Source of the DNA: the human T2T-CHM13v2.0 reference genome, Homo sapiens
DNA: 64,000 bases
Assembly (NCBI RefSeq): GCF_009914755.1
Contig: NC_060932.1
Direction: 5' to 3' (one strand)
Shown here piece by piece: positions 1 to 15,422 of this stretch (positions are counted from its first letter, which is position 1; each line of letters starts with the position of its first letter). Made by a program: the position numbers and the translations under genes. The notes beneath the pieces were generated by a model, which had not been told where the DNA came from, ran no database searches, and saw nothing but the letters and a program-made list of their open reading frames with translations.

Positions 1-109
1 TCCGTTTTGTAGGGCACCAGTGCTCCAAAACCCTCAGCTCTGGGGCAGCAGCAAGAGCCGGGAGCACTGCTCCTGGAGGGCTTCAGCCCCTTAGGTGGCC
101 AGGGTAGGG

Positions 110-607
110 CAGAGGTTTTCATCCCTTTTGATCTCAGGACTCCTTTACACTCTTGAAGACCCCGGAGAACTTTGGTTTATATAGATTACATCTATTGATA
201 TTGACTTCATTAGAAATTAAAACTGAGACATTAAAAATATTTATATAATACCTTACTTAAAATAAGAATAACAAACCCCATTCCATATTAACATAGATGA
301 TATATTTTCTGGGAAATAATATTTTTTAAAAATGCAATGTGAAGAGTGGCATTGTTTTACATATCTGCAAATGTCTTTTATGTCTGGTTTGATAGAAGCT
401 GACTGGATTCTTACATCTTCTCCTGTATTCAGTCTCCTGTGATTTATGCAGCTGCCTCTGGAAAACGACACTGTAAATTGATGACAGAATGAGAATAAAA
501 AAGGCACACAGTATCTTAGTATTATGAAAATTGTTTTGATCTCGCAGACCCCTTAAAGGATCTCAGGGACCCCTGTGGGTATCTGAGCCACCCCTGGAGA
601 ACTATTG
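110..607 (+). mobile_element. hAT-Charlie DNA transposon fossil, Charlie4a-like, near full length
   Basis: Starts cagaggttttc..tctcaggactcctttacactctt and ends ..tctcagggacccc..cccctggagaactattg, matching remembered Charlie4a termini; about 500 bp. Confidence 0.7.
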
Positions 608-2548
608 GTATTGACAATCGAGCATGGTCAACAAAGTCAGTGTGGGGAGGATGATTAAGCAGTGCGCGGTGCCAGGAATAGGCAAAAAATTGGTACCTGT
701 GTGTAGATCCCAGAGGACTCACAAAATGAGAAAACAGAAAATAAAAATGGATTTGACCACGTATGGTAATAATTGCTAATGTCACGAATGTGTCTTTCTC
801 ACCCATTATTAAGTTTCTGTGCAGTATACTCTATTTCGGGTGAACTCGGTTATGATACTTATTTGATTAGAATCAGGAACTGCATGCACATTGGCACAGC
901 GAGTTTGTTGCAGCTGGAGCCCTGAGGAGCCATTCCGGAAACTCTGGTGTCCCAGCCCTGCCACTCTTGATGTAATCTTGGGGAGTGGATATGAACAGTT
1001 TTAGTTTACAGTTTCCATATCATAATAGATTAAGTAGTTGATTTCCAAAACTTCTTCTGTTTTAACATTGTCTGTTTGAAACTTTTTTTTTAAAAGGAGA
1101 GAAAGGTCATGGTATTCTTGAAAAGTTTCAGCTGAATTGAAAAAGTAAATACTCAGAAAAATAAGAAGGAAATAAAACTGAACATTAACCAAATTCTGGG
1201 TAGAAGGTCACTTTTAAGACATTGCAAAACATTTCTAAAAATTTTAAAACACTATCAAGAAGAAAGTAAAATTCACCCACTGTATTTTGGTGTATTTCCT
1301 TCTGAGCATACTTTCCCAGGTCACACAGTACACAGAATCTAATATTCTGATTCTTTAGGAAAACATGTTTACTAAATATTTACATAAAGAGTCCCCCCAG
1401 CTTTATAGTTGACAGTTAAAAATTTTATGTATTTAAGTTGTACAGCTTAAAGATTATAAATATGTATTATATCATCAGAAATTCATCACAACTAAATGGA
1501 AAATTCTTTACAATTTCCATTTAAATGCATAAAATTCAACTGTATGAAAATATTCAATTTAATGATTCCTTTTTTTTGTATTTGAGAAGTTGTATTAGGG
1601 TTCTAGAATTATGAATGATTTTGTTTCCATTTCGTTTTCGTTGTCCTATTTTCTCCAGTGTGGTTCAATGTTACTCTTATTAAAAATCATTTTAAGAACA
1701 CACTTTTTAAAAAATGACAGAGCTATTGACTGTACTTACCAAGATGTCACATTCTTCTCTTCGAAGAGTTGCAATGCAGATTTTTCTTGACTTTCGTCAG
1801 AACCTCAGTCTTCACAGGGCTGCAGTCCCAAGGGTGTGGCTACAATTCCAAATACAACCATCATCCATCTAATCCTACCTGTTGGTGATTCATGCTGCCT
1901 TCACAAAGGATCCCATCCCCATTCAGATAGCAAGCAACTTGTCACTTCCCCACAACACAGCTTCCAACATGCAACAACTTTCCTGGAATTCACTTTTCCT
2001 GCTTCTGTGCCCCTCCCAATTCCAGAAAGATAGTGCAGAAATCACTCTCCCGGCACAGCACCATTAAACAGAGCCCTAGAGAAAACAGCAAAATCCAGCA
2101 GGAAGCAGAGAAGCCCAGAGACCTGGTCCCTCTTCCACAAGTCTCTGACATGGGTGCCCTGTTCTCAGGAACTTTAGGTCTGCCTCTCTGAGGAGGAGAG
2201 GGTGAGCTGAGTTGCAGAAAAACAAACACATCATGGAACTGAGTACCCTAAGCAATTGAGATTTATTTGTTAAAATAGAAAACAGAAGGTACATGAAGGT
2301 GAGGACAGAACCAAGTGCCCCAGCCCACATTATGGGAAGAGCACCAAATCTGGTCACACCTATTTCCAATGAGCGATTTCTTTGGTTTGTTTCCCCTGTC
2401 CAGGAGTCTTGCAACCCTGTAATTGTCTAGGTGGAACTTGGATGTCTTTACCTTTTAGTGGGAAAATGCTCTACTGCACACATGTTCATTTCCTAGGGAT
2501 GCCATAACAAAGTACCATGAACTGGGTGGCTTAGAAGAACAGAAATGT

Positions 2549-3486
<938 letters not shown>

Positions 3487-5452
3487 GCCAAAGCATTCCT
3501 TGGCTTGTGGATGGCCGTCTTCTTCCTGTGCTTCTTCATGTTGTCTTCCTCCTCGGCATGTCTGCCTCTGTGTCCAAAATTCCCCTCTTTAAAAGGACAC
3601 TGGTCATTTTAGATTAAGGTCCACCCTAGTCACCTCATTTCAGATTGATTACCTCTAAGAAGACCCTGTTTCTGAAGAGATGTCACCAGAATGTAATCAT
3701 TCTGAAGTACTGCGGGTTAGGACTTCAATGTCATTTTTAGGGAGGAAAATTGAGCCTGTAACAGAACATAAGCCTTAGTAACCGGAGATGGAACTCATAG
3801 CTGAGCCACCATTTCTTAAACCCCTATTTTTTTCAGAGGAATTAAAAAGTCTGAGATAAGTGATATTTCTCTGGAAAGCAAATTTTTCCTCGCCGTGATA
3901 TAACCTGCAATCGTAGGTTTATCTCTGAATTACAAGCATTTCTTAGCCAAAAATTGTATTGGGCATTGCAAGTGTGACCCAGTATGGGCTGCAGAAAGAT
4001 TTCGAGGTCTGAACATTTTTCACTCGCAGCTGGCAAATTTTTCCTCTCTGAGCCTGAGCAAAGATGGAGCTTCGGATGGGGCAAGCCTGTGCTTGCAAGG
4101 CAGCCATGCACGCTGCCTGGGAGAAGACAACTCCAGGCAGTGCATCTTCTGTCCCTGGTCTCTGACCACCGATACCGGCAAGACCTGCCTGGGTCATGGC
4201 TGTCCCTCCCAGCGGGGCTGTGACTGCATGAAGCAATGACAGTGATGCTCAAGCTCTTTTGTCGATGGGGGACAGTGACCTGAATCCTTACCCTGTGTTT
4301 GGAAAGCGACTGGGTGGTGAACATAGCATTGCATTTGTGGCATCTGTTTCAGTCTAAGCGGGTCTAACTAGCAACTGAAGGGCACTGAACATCAGATTAA
4401 AATAACATTTCTGTGTGGCTGGGAAGCCCTCATTTGATTTTCTGCTGTGAAGTGACTACTAAGGACCTGTTAACTTCTTTCAGACCAAAACTCTACAAAT
4501 AAAACACTATTTTAATCTTGTGCTTTATTTTTTCTGTGTTAAGAGTAATGCATGCTCAATATAGAAAGTGTGAGAGGTGTACTATTCCTTATTTTCATCA
4601 ACATTTCTATCATTAAATAATATCAAGTATGGAAAGCATAAAATAGAAAAGGGAAAGGAATGTGATATTCATTAGTGCCTCCTATGTGCATGGATGCCAT
4701 ACTAATGTTGTCATATTTTATCCTTACAAAATTCATGTAATCTGTGTGCATTGTACTCATTTTTTGATGAGTAAAAAAAGCCCCAGGGAAGTTTGGCTGA
4801 AGACTTGCCCCACCACACATGGTGATGATCTTCCAACATCCAGTTCCAAGCTCATTTCTCCTAGGAACTCTTCCCTGGTAAACTCTGTACCATGGTTTGC
4901 CCTTCCCAGGAACCCTGTGTCTCCATATGCACCATATCTACATGACTGTTGTATAGTTTACATGACTTTTCTATGCTGTTTTAAGCTACTTATGCCTAGT
5001 GTTCCATTATTAAAACGCTAGGCTTTTGGGAGTTTTTATATCCTACCGCTCAAGGTCATCACCAAGGTCTGATTTTTCAGAAAACAAAAATTGCAACCTC
5101 CGGCATAAATGGGTTAATACATTTATTCATGTCCCCACCTCAATTGAAAATTTTCAGAGAAGGAATACAGCATCTATTTCACGATGCCATAAATATAGCA
5201 AGATATTAAATAAATGTTGAAAAATTGACCACTGACTGTACCTTAGAGATGCTTATCTTGGAGCGTGTACATCAGATTTCTCTGCATTTGGATTGAGGTG
5301 TTATAGCCATTTAATGAATACATGTCCTGACCTTCCTGGTCTTGAATTTCCTTCCCCAATAGCAGGCTCAGTTTGCCAGTGTTTTTTTTTGAGGGGGTCT
5401 TCTCTACTTCCTAGGAAAGCTAGAGTAGTTTGGGGCCTTGTGAATTTTTCTT

Positions 5453-5528
5453 AAATAGATGTATATTCATATACATCTATTTCTGTATATTCTGTATTTT
5501 CTGCATATTCTGCATATTCTGTATTTTC
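5453..5528. repeat. Perfect 14-bp palindrome followed by a 10-bp tandem repeat
   Basis: aaatagatgtatat-tc-atatacatctattt, then about 4.5 copies of ttctgYatWt. Confidence 0.85.
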
Positions 5529-5652
5529 ATTGTGTTCCAAATGGACAGGTGAATGGAGGAAACCTCCTCTTTGGCAGAAGTTGGGGCATTCTGGAATGAG
5601 GCAAACTGGGCTTTCCTTCCTGGCGCCATCTTTATTAGAAGTGCAGGGGGCG

Positions 5653-5986
5653 TACTATGCAGCCATAAAAAGGGACAAGATCATGTCCTTTGCAGGCACA
5701 TGGATGGAGCTGAAAGTCGTCATCCTCAGCAAACTAATACAGGAACAGAAAACCAAACACCACATGTTCTCACTCATAAGTTGGGGCTTGAACAATGAGA
5801 ACACATGGACACAGGGAGAAGAACAAAAACACACCGGGGCCTGTTGGGGGGCGGGAGGCGAGGGGAGAGAACTTAGATGACAGGTTAAAAGGTGCAGCAA
5901 ACCACCATGGCACACGTATACCGTGTAACAAACCTGCAAGTTCTGCACATGTATCCGGGAACATAAAGTAAAATTAAAAAAAAAAG
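5653..5986 (+). mobile_element. 5'-truncated L1PA 3' end (approximately L1PA8-10)
   Basis: ORF2 C-terminus remnant (YYAAIKRDKIMSFAGTWMELKVVILSKL), 3'UTR, poly(A), TSD agaagtgcagggg / agaagtgtgggg. Confidence 0.9.
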
Positions 5987-6054
5987 AAGTGTGGGGACAG
6001 TACAACAAGCATGCTCCTCCATTATCAGGCGGTCCTCGAAGGCAAAAGCTGCAC

Positions 6055-6147
6055 CCCATTTGTCTCTGTGTTCCCAGAGCCTATGAAGGTGACTGGCACA
6101 TGGAGGTATTCAATAACTACTTGGTGAATACATGAATGAATAAATGA
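6055..6147 (+). mobile_element. L2 3' end fragment
   Basis: ctggcacatggaggtattcaataa..tgaatgaataaatga. Confidence 0.65.
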
Positions 6148-7159
6148 GATTAATAAAAAAAATTCTTCCTGAAGTATTGTCCCTAGGTCCAGGGTCTAGG
6201 GAGAGTGTTTATTATGTGAACCTTACCTGCCCCCACCTTGATTTCATCCTCTGGGCCTGTGCTAATTTGCTTGACTAGTTTAACTGTCAAACGTGCTGGC
6301 TGTGGGAGATTTAAGTCCAGGAAAGAGCACAGATCCCTTCTCTAGTGGTATTTTATTTTCTCTGTTCTTTTGCCCTGAAGTTCCATTCGAGCTTAATTTA
6401 GTCAGTATTAATGTGTATTTGTTGAATGACTCAATGCATAATTGCAGTTATCCATTAGAGACTCTTGATTACAGTTTTATATCCCAAGGAATGCAGTAAC
6501 TTTGGAAAAGTTCAGAGTACAAGCAAAAGATAAACACCTCCTCCCCACATCCTTCCTTCAGTCCATATCCAAAGAAGAACGGGAAAAATTGCAAGCCTTT
6601 CCCCACCCGTATCCTCATTATTCCCTTACATTTCTCTGTCCCACCCATTCCTGGGCAGACAAATATCAAAGAACTGGAATTTGCGAATCCATCAATGCTT
6701 CATTTGTTTCCCATCTGTTTCCTAGATATGTCGGAGCTATTAGACTTTTTAAAATGTGCGCCTCTCAACACCAGGCATGAGTGACAGCATCAGATAAAGC
6801 AATTGTAACTTTCTTCTTTCATGCTGCATCTGTCCCACTACTGGATACAGTTGATTTACCTGTAGTAAAAGGGACAGTGACCAGAAAAGAGGATTACAGT
6901 ACATTCAGAGGCAACCAAGGGAGGAAAATAGACCAAGTGCCAAGAGGGTATTAAATAGTAGAGCTATCTGCAGAAGCAGGATAAGCAGAGAGAGGAAAAA
7001 ACAACAACAACAACAAAAAACTCTTTCAGGGACGATTGCTATGCTTCATAAATCTGGAATTTTATCAGAAGCTTGGCAATTGATTTTCTATTTTAGGTAA
7101 TTTAATAGGTAGACGAAGTTTAATGGGTTTTGTTTATAATTTGTTCAGGGCATCCCTGA

Positions 7160-7616
<457 letters not shown>

Positions 7617-7757
7617 AGGAAATTTCTTCAAACACAGATTTCCTTGAAAATCTGGAGAAGACATAATTTTAAAATTAAACCAACATCGATTCATCATGTA
7701 ATATAATGGGCATTTTTGGCATGAATTTCAAAGATAAACATGAGATGTCACAAAATT

Positions 7758-7776
7758 GTCACACTAGGTGGCAGCT
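7758..7776 (+). promoter_or_regulatory. Candidate CTCF motif
   Basis: gtcacactaggtggcagct versus consensus CCASYAGRKGGCRS; one mismatch at the first C. Confidence 0.35.
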
Positions 7777-8391
7777 GCTTCCTATCAGCAGATCCCTTTT
7801 TTTCCTCCATCTTGAGGGTCCCCTCTGTTTTTGACAGAGAGAGAAAAGAAGCCTCTGCATATGCATTTGTACATGGTCGAGAGACTGACTTTGAAATCCT
7901 CACTCTCTGTAATTACAAGTTCTACTGTGGAATTTCAAAGGCATCATTACTTGAGTCCTGCCTTACTTTTTTTTTTTTTTCACTGTTTCTTTTTTCTGGC
8001 TAATTTTCCAAGCCTGTGACTCTGCTGGTCTTCAGAGAAAGTTAATCAAACAAGCAATAAAATCAAACGTGTGGTACATGACTCATTCCTTCTCCCATTC
8101 TCCCACATTTTATGCCACTCCCCAAAGGACTGCATCCTCTGGAGTGAGTCATGGGTGGTGGGTCTGAGAAATGATGATGACCCAGCCCAAGATGAGACTG
8201 GAGAAATCTGGAGAATAGATCCTAAGCTGGTGGTGGTGAGAATTGGGAAAAGATCAAAATTCAATTTGTAGGATCTTTGTGAATGAATCATAAAAAGGTT
8301 GAACTAAAAGTACTTGGAAAAGTTGGATATGATTTACATTGCCTAAGGTAAAAAACTGGAAAGTTTTCTTCCCCTCTTTAGCCTTGATAAC

Positions 8392-8809
8392 TGGTATGGT
8401 TTGAATATTTGTACACTCCAAAATTCAGGTTGAAATTTAATTCCTAATGTGGTAGTATTGAGAGGTGGGGCATTTAAGAGGTGATTGGATCATGAGGGGT
8501 CTGCCGTCATGAATGGGTTAATCCATTTATGAGGTTAATGGATTAACAGGTTATCATAGAAGTGGGACTGGTAGCGTTATAAGAAAAGGAAGAGAGACCT
8601 GAGCTAGCATGCTCAGCCCCTCACCATGTGATGCCCTGGGCTGCCTTGGGACTCTGCAGAGGGTCCTACCAGCAAGAAGGCCCTCACTCGAGTGGCCCCT
8701 AGCACCTTGGTCTTTTCTGTCTCCATAACTGTAAGAAATAAATTCTTTTCTTTATAAATTATCCAGTTTCAGCCATTCGGTGGTAATCAATAGAAAATGG
8801 ACTAAGAGA
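8392..8809 (+). mobile_element. MSTD solo LTR (MaLR)
   Basis: tggtatggtttgaat..gagagacctgagctagcatgctcagcccc..cagcaagaaggccctcac..aataaa..ggactaagaga. Confidence 0.85.
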
Positions 8810-8835
8810 CTAATGAATGTGGAAAGTGAAAAATA

Positions 8836-8966
8836 TGTCTTGAGTTTAAATCCTGCTCCTGTCACTTGCTAGCTATAACCAGGGAAAATTACTTAATCTC
8901 TCTGATCATCCATATGCTCGTTTGCAAGGCAAGGATAACATACTATCTTTAGGTGAGGGGTTAAAG
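8836..8966 (+). mobile_element. MIR fragment
   Basis: gagtttaaatcctgctcctgtcacttgctagct..ttacttaatctctctga. Confidence 0.6.
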
Positions 8967-9010
8967 CCAGGACTGATGAACCATCACACCTATAATATTC
9001 ATTAATTTAC

Positions 9011-9571
9011 TGTTTTAGCCCATTTTCTTGTGCTGTAACAGAATCCCACAGTCTGGGTAATTTGTAAAGAACAGAGATTTATTTGGCTCCCAGTTCTAAA
9101 GACTGGGAAATCCAAAAGCATGGTGCCAAATCTGGCAAAGGTCATCTCATGACAGAAAGGCAAATAAGCACACGAGACAGAGTTAGGAAACTGGGGAACT
9201 CATCCTTTTGTTAGGAGCCCACTCCTTCAATAACTAACCAGGGGTGTCCAATCTTTTGGCTTCCTTGAGTCATATTAGAAGAAGAATTGTTTTGGGCCAC
9301 ACAAAAAATACACTAACACTAACGACAGCTGGTGAGCTAAAAAAAATAAATCACAAAAAAACTCATGTTTTTAGAAAGCATATGAATTTGTGTTGGGCTG
9401 CATGTGGCCAGTGGGCCACAGGTAGGAAATGTTGCATAACCCACTTCCATGATACAACATTAATCCATTCATGACCTAATCACCTCTTGAAGTTCTCATC
9501 TCTCAACACTGCTGCATTGGTAATTAAGTTTCCAGTACATAAGCTTTGGAGGACACATTCAAACCACAGCA
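9011..9571 (-). mobile_element. MSTC-like solo LTR interrupted by MER30
   Basis: tgttttagcccattttc..gacctaatcacctc..cacattcaaaccacagca. Confidence 0.8.
9239..9434 (+). mobile_element. MER30 (hAT-Charlie MITE)
   Basis: caggggtgtccaatcttttggcttcc..agaagaattgttttgggccacac.. Confidence 0.88.
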
Positions 9572-9577
9572 TTTACT

Positions 9578-10162
9578 TTTCATTAGTTATCTATTTCCGT
9601 GTACCCTTAAGACATAGTGGCTTCCAACAACAAACGTTTATTATCTTTGGGTCAGGAACCTGGGTACAATGTAGCTGGGTCTTGGGACTCTGCAGACAAC
9701 CTCTATCAGCAAAAAGACCCTCACTAAAGACAGCTCAGGGTCTTTCCCAAGACTGCAATGAAGGTATTGGCCAAGGCTGGAGTCTCATCTGAAGGCTCAA
9801 CTGAAGGAGGATCTCCTTTTAAGCTCACTCACATGATTGCTAGATGGCCTCATTTCCTCACTGTCTATTGATGAGCTCAATTAGTTCCTTGTCATGTGGG
9901 CCTCTCTATAGGGAAGTTCACAACATGGAAGCTGGCTTCCTTCAGAATGCTGAATAAGGGAGAAAGAGAAGGCACGCACAATGAAGGCACAGACTTTTTG
10001 TAACCTAGCCTTGAAAGTGTAGTTCATTACTTTTGTCATACTCTATTCATTAGATGAATGTCACAGTATTCAACCCACATTCAAGATGAGGGGATTTATA
10101 CAAGGGCATGAATACCAAGAGAAAGGGATCCCTAGGGGCTATCTTAGAAGCTGCCTACCACA
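9578..10162 (-). mobile_element. Old MaLR LTR (MLT1G/H/I-like)
   Basis: ttagttatctatt..gggtcaggaa..caagggcatgaatacc..tcttagaagctgcctaccaca. Confidence 0.75.
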
Positions 10163-10167
10163 CTCCT

Positions 10168-10482
10168 GCATTCAACAGATGCTTATCAGTAGTCTACTGC
10201 TTTCCAGGCATTGTGCTAAGTGGTTCACCAAATAAAAGTTTTTAAAAATGAGACATGGTACCTGCCTCATGAAGCTTATAAAACAAGAGAAGGTAGGCAT
10301 GAGTTCATGTGAAAATGCAACTCACCGTGCTAGGAAACACAGCACAGGGATTTGGCCAAGTCAACAGTCAGTAAATGCTTTTCTGCAAAAGTGACACCTG
10401 AGCCAAGGTCTTTTGGAAATCTAGGAAAAGAAGGGAGAGAAAAATCATTCCAGGTTGAGATAATAGCATATGCAAAGGTCCC
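10168..10482 (-). mobile_element. L2 fragment
   Basis: cattcaacagatgcttat..ccaggcattgtgctaag..cctgcctcatgaagcttata. Confidence 0.6.
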
Positions 10483-10669
10483 AATTGGGTATGACATTTA
10501 AAAAGTTTTAATCCCAAAGTAATTTATGACATTGGACCAACTTGGAAAAGATATTTACTTTAGATACCTATTAATTTCACTTCAGTCAATAAGCAATACA
10601 ACTCAGAAGGCATTTTGTCTCTGACTTGCCTCAAGGGCTATGTATGCAACTAAAAAGAGAGAATTTTAC

Positions 10670-10962
10670 AGCAGTGCTTTAGTGGACATTTGAATACTGT
10701 TAGATGTACTTAAAATGCAGGTTCTGATTTGGTAGATCTCAGACTTATGCATCAGCATCAACTGGAAGCTTGGTAGAAATGTAGAATCTCAGAGCCCAGC
10801 CCAGAGCTCTAGAACAGGTGAGCACTTGAATCACCTGGAAGATCTGGGCTCCATCCCAAAAGATGCTGCTTCAGTTGCCTTGGGTTGAGCTAAAAAATTT
10901 GCATTTCTAACAAGTTCCCAGGAGATGTTTCTGCTGCCACCATCCTTTGAGTAATGCCATTC
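10670..10962. mobile_element. MER5A/MER5B (hAT-Charlie) fragments
   Basis: gcttggtagaaatgtagaatctcag; aatttgcatttctaacaagttcccaggagatg. Confidence 0.65.
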
Positions 10963-11221
10963 TATGTCCCCAGAGATCAAACTCAGAATATTCCAGAAAA
11001 GACCTTGAAAGGTTGTCCCGACTGGGGTAAATGTTAAGGAAAGATCCTCTGCTGGGAGGAAAAAAGATGCGCTCAACTTGTTTTCTCTGAAGGAGAGAGT
11101 AAGGAAGAGCTGGAGAGAGAGAGTCTACACCCTGCTGACCGCCCAAGGATACACAGTTAGTGCTTTTTTTTTTTTTCAGGGGTCTTCCAGGGACTATTAG
11201 GAATCTCTGTGAATTAGAAGC

Positions 11222-11582
11222 TGCATTAGTGGGTTCTTACACTGCTAATAAAGACATACCCAAAACTGGGTAATTTATAAAGAAAAAGAGCTTTAATGGA
11301 CTCACAGTTCCACATGTCTGGGGAGGCCTCACAATCATGGTGGAAGGCAAAGGAGTAGGAAAGGCCTCTTACATGGTGGCAGGCAAGACAGTATGTGTAG
11401 GGGAACCGCCCTTTATAAAACCATCAGGTCTCGTGAGACTTATTCACTATCATGAGAACAGCATGGAAAAAGCCTGCCCTCATGATTCTATTACCTCCCA
11501 CTGGGTCTCTCCCATGACATGTGGAGATTATGGGAGCTATAATTCAAGATGAGATTTGGGTGGGGACACAGCGAAACCATCA
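11222..11582 (-). mobile_element. THE1 solo LTR (THE1B/C)
   Basis: tgcattagt..ctaataaagacataccc..gagatttgggtggggacacagcgaaaccatca; TSD gaagc/gcagc. Confidence 0.92.
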
Positions 11583-11699
11583 GCAGCCAAAACACATTTT
11601 TACTGTTACAACTACATTTCTTGCAGACACATTTTAACTCAAATAGTAATTTTCATTTCTTGGCATATCTACATGTCCCTGGGAGACCTTCAGGACATA

Positions 11700-11890
11700 G
11701 GTAATATGGTGTTGAGGTCAGAGAATTGGACTTAGACTCAAAAGACCAAGGAGTGGTCCTCAGCTCTACACTCCTCTGCATGTGAGGCTCCGGTTAAGAC
11801 ATTAACCCTTCAACACCAATTTTCTCACCTGGACAAGGAGAATAGTACCAGCTTCAACCATCAGACAGGAATGCTGTAGGGATCCAAGCA
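11700..11890 (+). mobile_element. MIR
   Basis: ggacttagactcaaaagacc..ctcagctctac..ttttctcacctggacaaggagaatagtacc. Confidence 0.5.
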
Positions 11891-12129
11891 AGAATGTCTT
11901 TTCCCTTTCTCTTCTCTCCACCGCCATCCTTCCCTCTCTCTTTCCTTTGTCTTCTCCTGTCTCAGCCTTCCATTTCCTTCCCTGGAGTCAATGGGGTGTC
12001 AGCAGGGCAGCCATGTGAGAAGGTAGCCTCATGCAAAGTAATAGAGTCCCCCACCAGGAGACTCTCCTAGCAGTGGGGTGGTCTGGATCAGAGTGTCTGA
12101 AAAAGCCTGAGAAAGGTGAGGAGGAAACC

Positions 12130-13436
12130 CACATACAATGTAGGTTGGCTGTGGTCCCAACCACAGGAAATTGGCTACATAGAGGGAGATGGGTCAAATA
12201 AATATATTAAAGACAATGGGAGCCAGGCCTTCACTGTTGAAGAAGGGAATTACCAACATGGAAAGAGAGAAAATTAGAATAGATCCAGTAATGTTAAATT
12301 AGAGTTGTTTTTAGATAGACGTAGAAACAAATATAGATGTAAATGCAAGAGTGTGTGTGTGTGTGTGTGTGCTCTCCACCTCTGTCCACTGAGAGATCCT
12401 AGGATCAGCAACCCCCCAGTAGCACTGAGAACACTTAACACCCCATGTTGATGCCCAAATACCATGTTTCATTAAAGGAATTCAGTGCTCCTTGGATAAA
12501 TAGATGATTCCATAGCTGGGGCAGAGAGAGTACAAGATGTGCCCTGCTGTACCAGAAATTAAGGGTGTGTTCTAAGAATGATGACAATACTGGCACCAGC
12601 TTGAAGAAACTCCACACTGACCATATTTGAGGCAATTTGACCATGAATAATGGTAGTAGCAAATTATAACCTATTGACTAAAAGAAGAAACCATGAGTCC
12701 AGAAAGATATGAATCCATGAATACTGGTTTGATGAGAAATGGGTAGTTACATTGTCTCAAATGTCCCCTCTACAAAATATTTAAGAATTATAAGGAGAAA
12801 AAGAGTAAGACTACACTGGAGAAGCCTGGCAGACACCACCCTAATCAACTTATCCTAATGAACAGCATCCGTAATGGAGTAAATTGAAATGACGTGCCAT
12901 CAAATAGTGTGCACTGAGAAGATCACAGCATCACTGCTGGGATATCCTACTCAAAGATGCATCATGTGAATCTAACCACAAAGAAATAACCCTCTTCTCC
13001 AACAGTGAGAGCTTGTGAAAGAACATTCTGCAAAATAACTGATCTGAAATCTCCAGAAGTGTCAAGGTCATGAAGGAAAGTCCAAGGAGCTCTTCCAGAC
13101 TGAAGAAGATTCAGGAGACATGATAATTAACTGCCATGTGTGATCCTGGACTACTGTATCTTTTCACTGTAAATGACATTATGGGAAGATTGGAAAACCT
13201 TGAACGAGGTCTGAGGATTAGATGGTGGTAATGTATCAATGTTAATTTCTAGACTTTGGTGGTTATATTGTGGTTATGTAGGAGAATATCCTTGTTTGTA
13301 GGAAATACTAGTGCTCAGGGTTGATGAGAAATCATGTTGACAACTTACTCATAAGTGGTCTGGGGAAAAAGATTCCTTGTTCTGTATTTGTAATTTATCT
13401 GTAAGTTTGAGATGCTTCCAAAAAAAGAAAAAAACC
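12130..13436 (+). mobile_element. L1MC-type 3' region (L1MC3/4-like), containing (TG)n at about 12350-12371
   Basis: gagaagcctggcagacaccaccctaatcaa; gtgtcaaggtcatga; ends tctgtaagtttgagat..aaaaaaagaaaaaaa. Confidence 0.75.
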
Positions 13437-13902
13437 CAAACAATGATGCACATCTAGGTATCCTAAGAGATAGAAAACAATTTACAAAGGACAGATGGGA
13501 TGACGTCATCCCCTGCTCTTCCATCTGCTGTTTGCTCTGTGTGAAGCCATCACCACACCCTTCCACTTCTACTTTCAGATTGTGTCTGTGCTCTGACTCC
13601 TTTATCCCTTTCAATATCATCCCTTGGTTTAGGTTCTCACAGTCACTCAACAAAGCCAAGACAACAGCCTCCAAGCTCTTCCTCCTGCCTTTAGTGTCAT
13701 CTTCTCCTTCTGTCTCTTCCACCCTGCCCCCAACCACCTGGCCTTCTCCCCATACTGTTGGCCAAGTGACTTTTCCAAAACCCACATCTGGTCATGTCAC
13801 TGTCCTGCTTAAAGTCCTTAAGCCTAGTCTCCCCAATGCCCATAATGAAGTCCCAGCTCCTTAAACATCTCATATTCTGGTAGTAGCCTGTCCTTCAGCT
13901 AC

Positions 13903-15422
<1,520 letters not shown>

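Noticed and set aside
3842-4324. 160-aa minus-strand ORF in unique sequence
   Set aside because: No recognisable domain, overlapping ORFs on both strands, and no convincing exon structure.
13345-13864. Overlapping 146-aa and 150-aa ORFs
   Set aside because: They lie in L1MC/L2 remnants with pyrimidine-skewed composition; chance ORFs.
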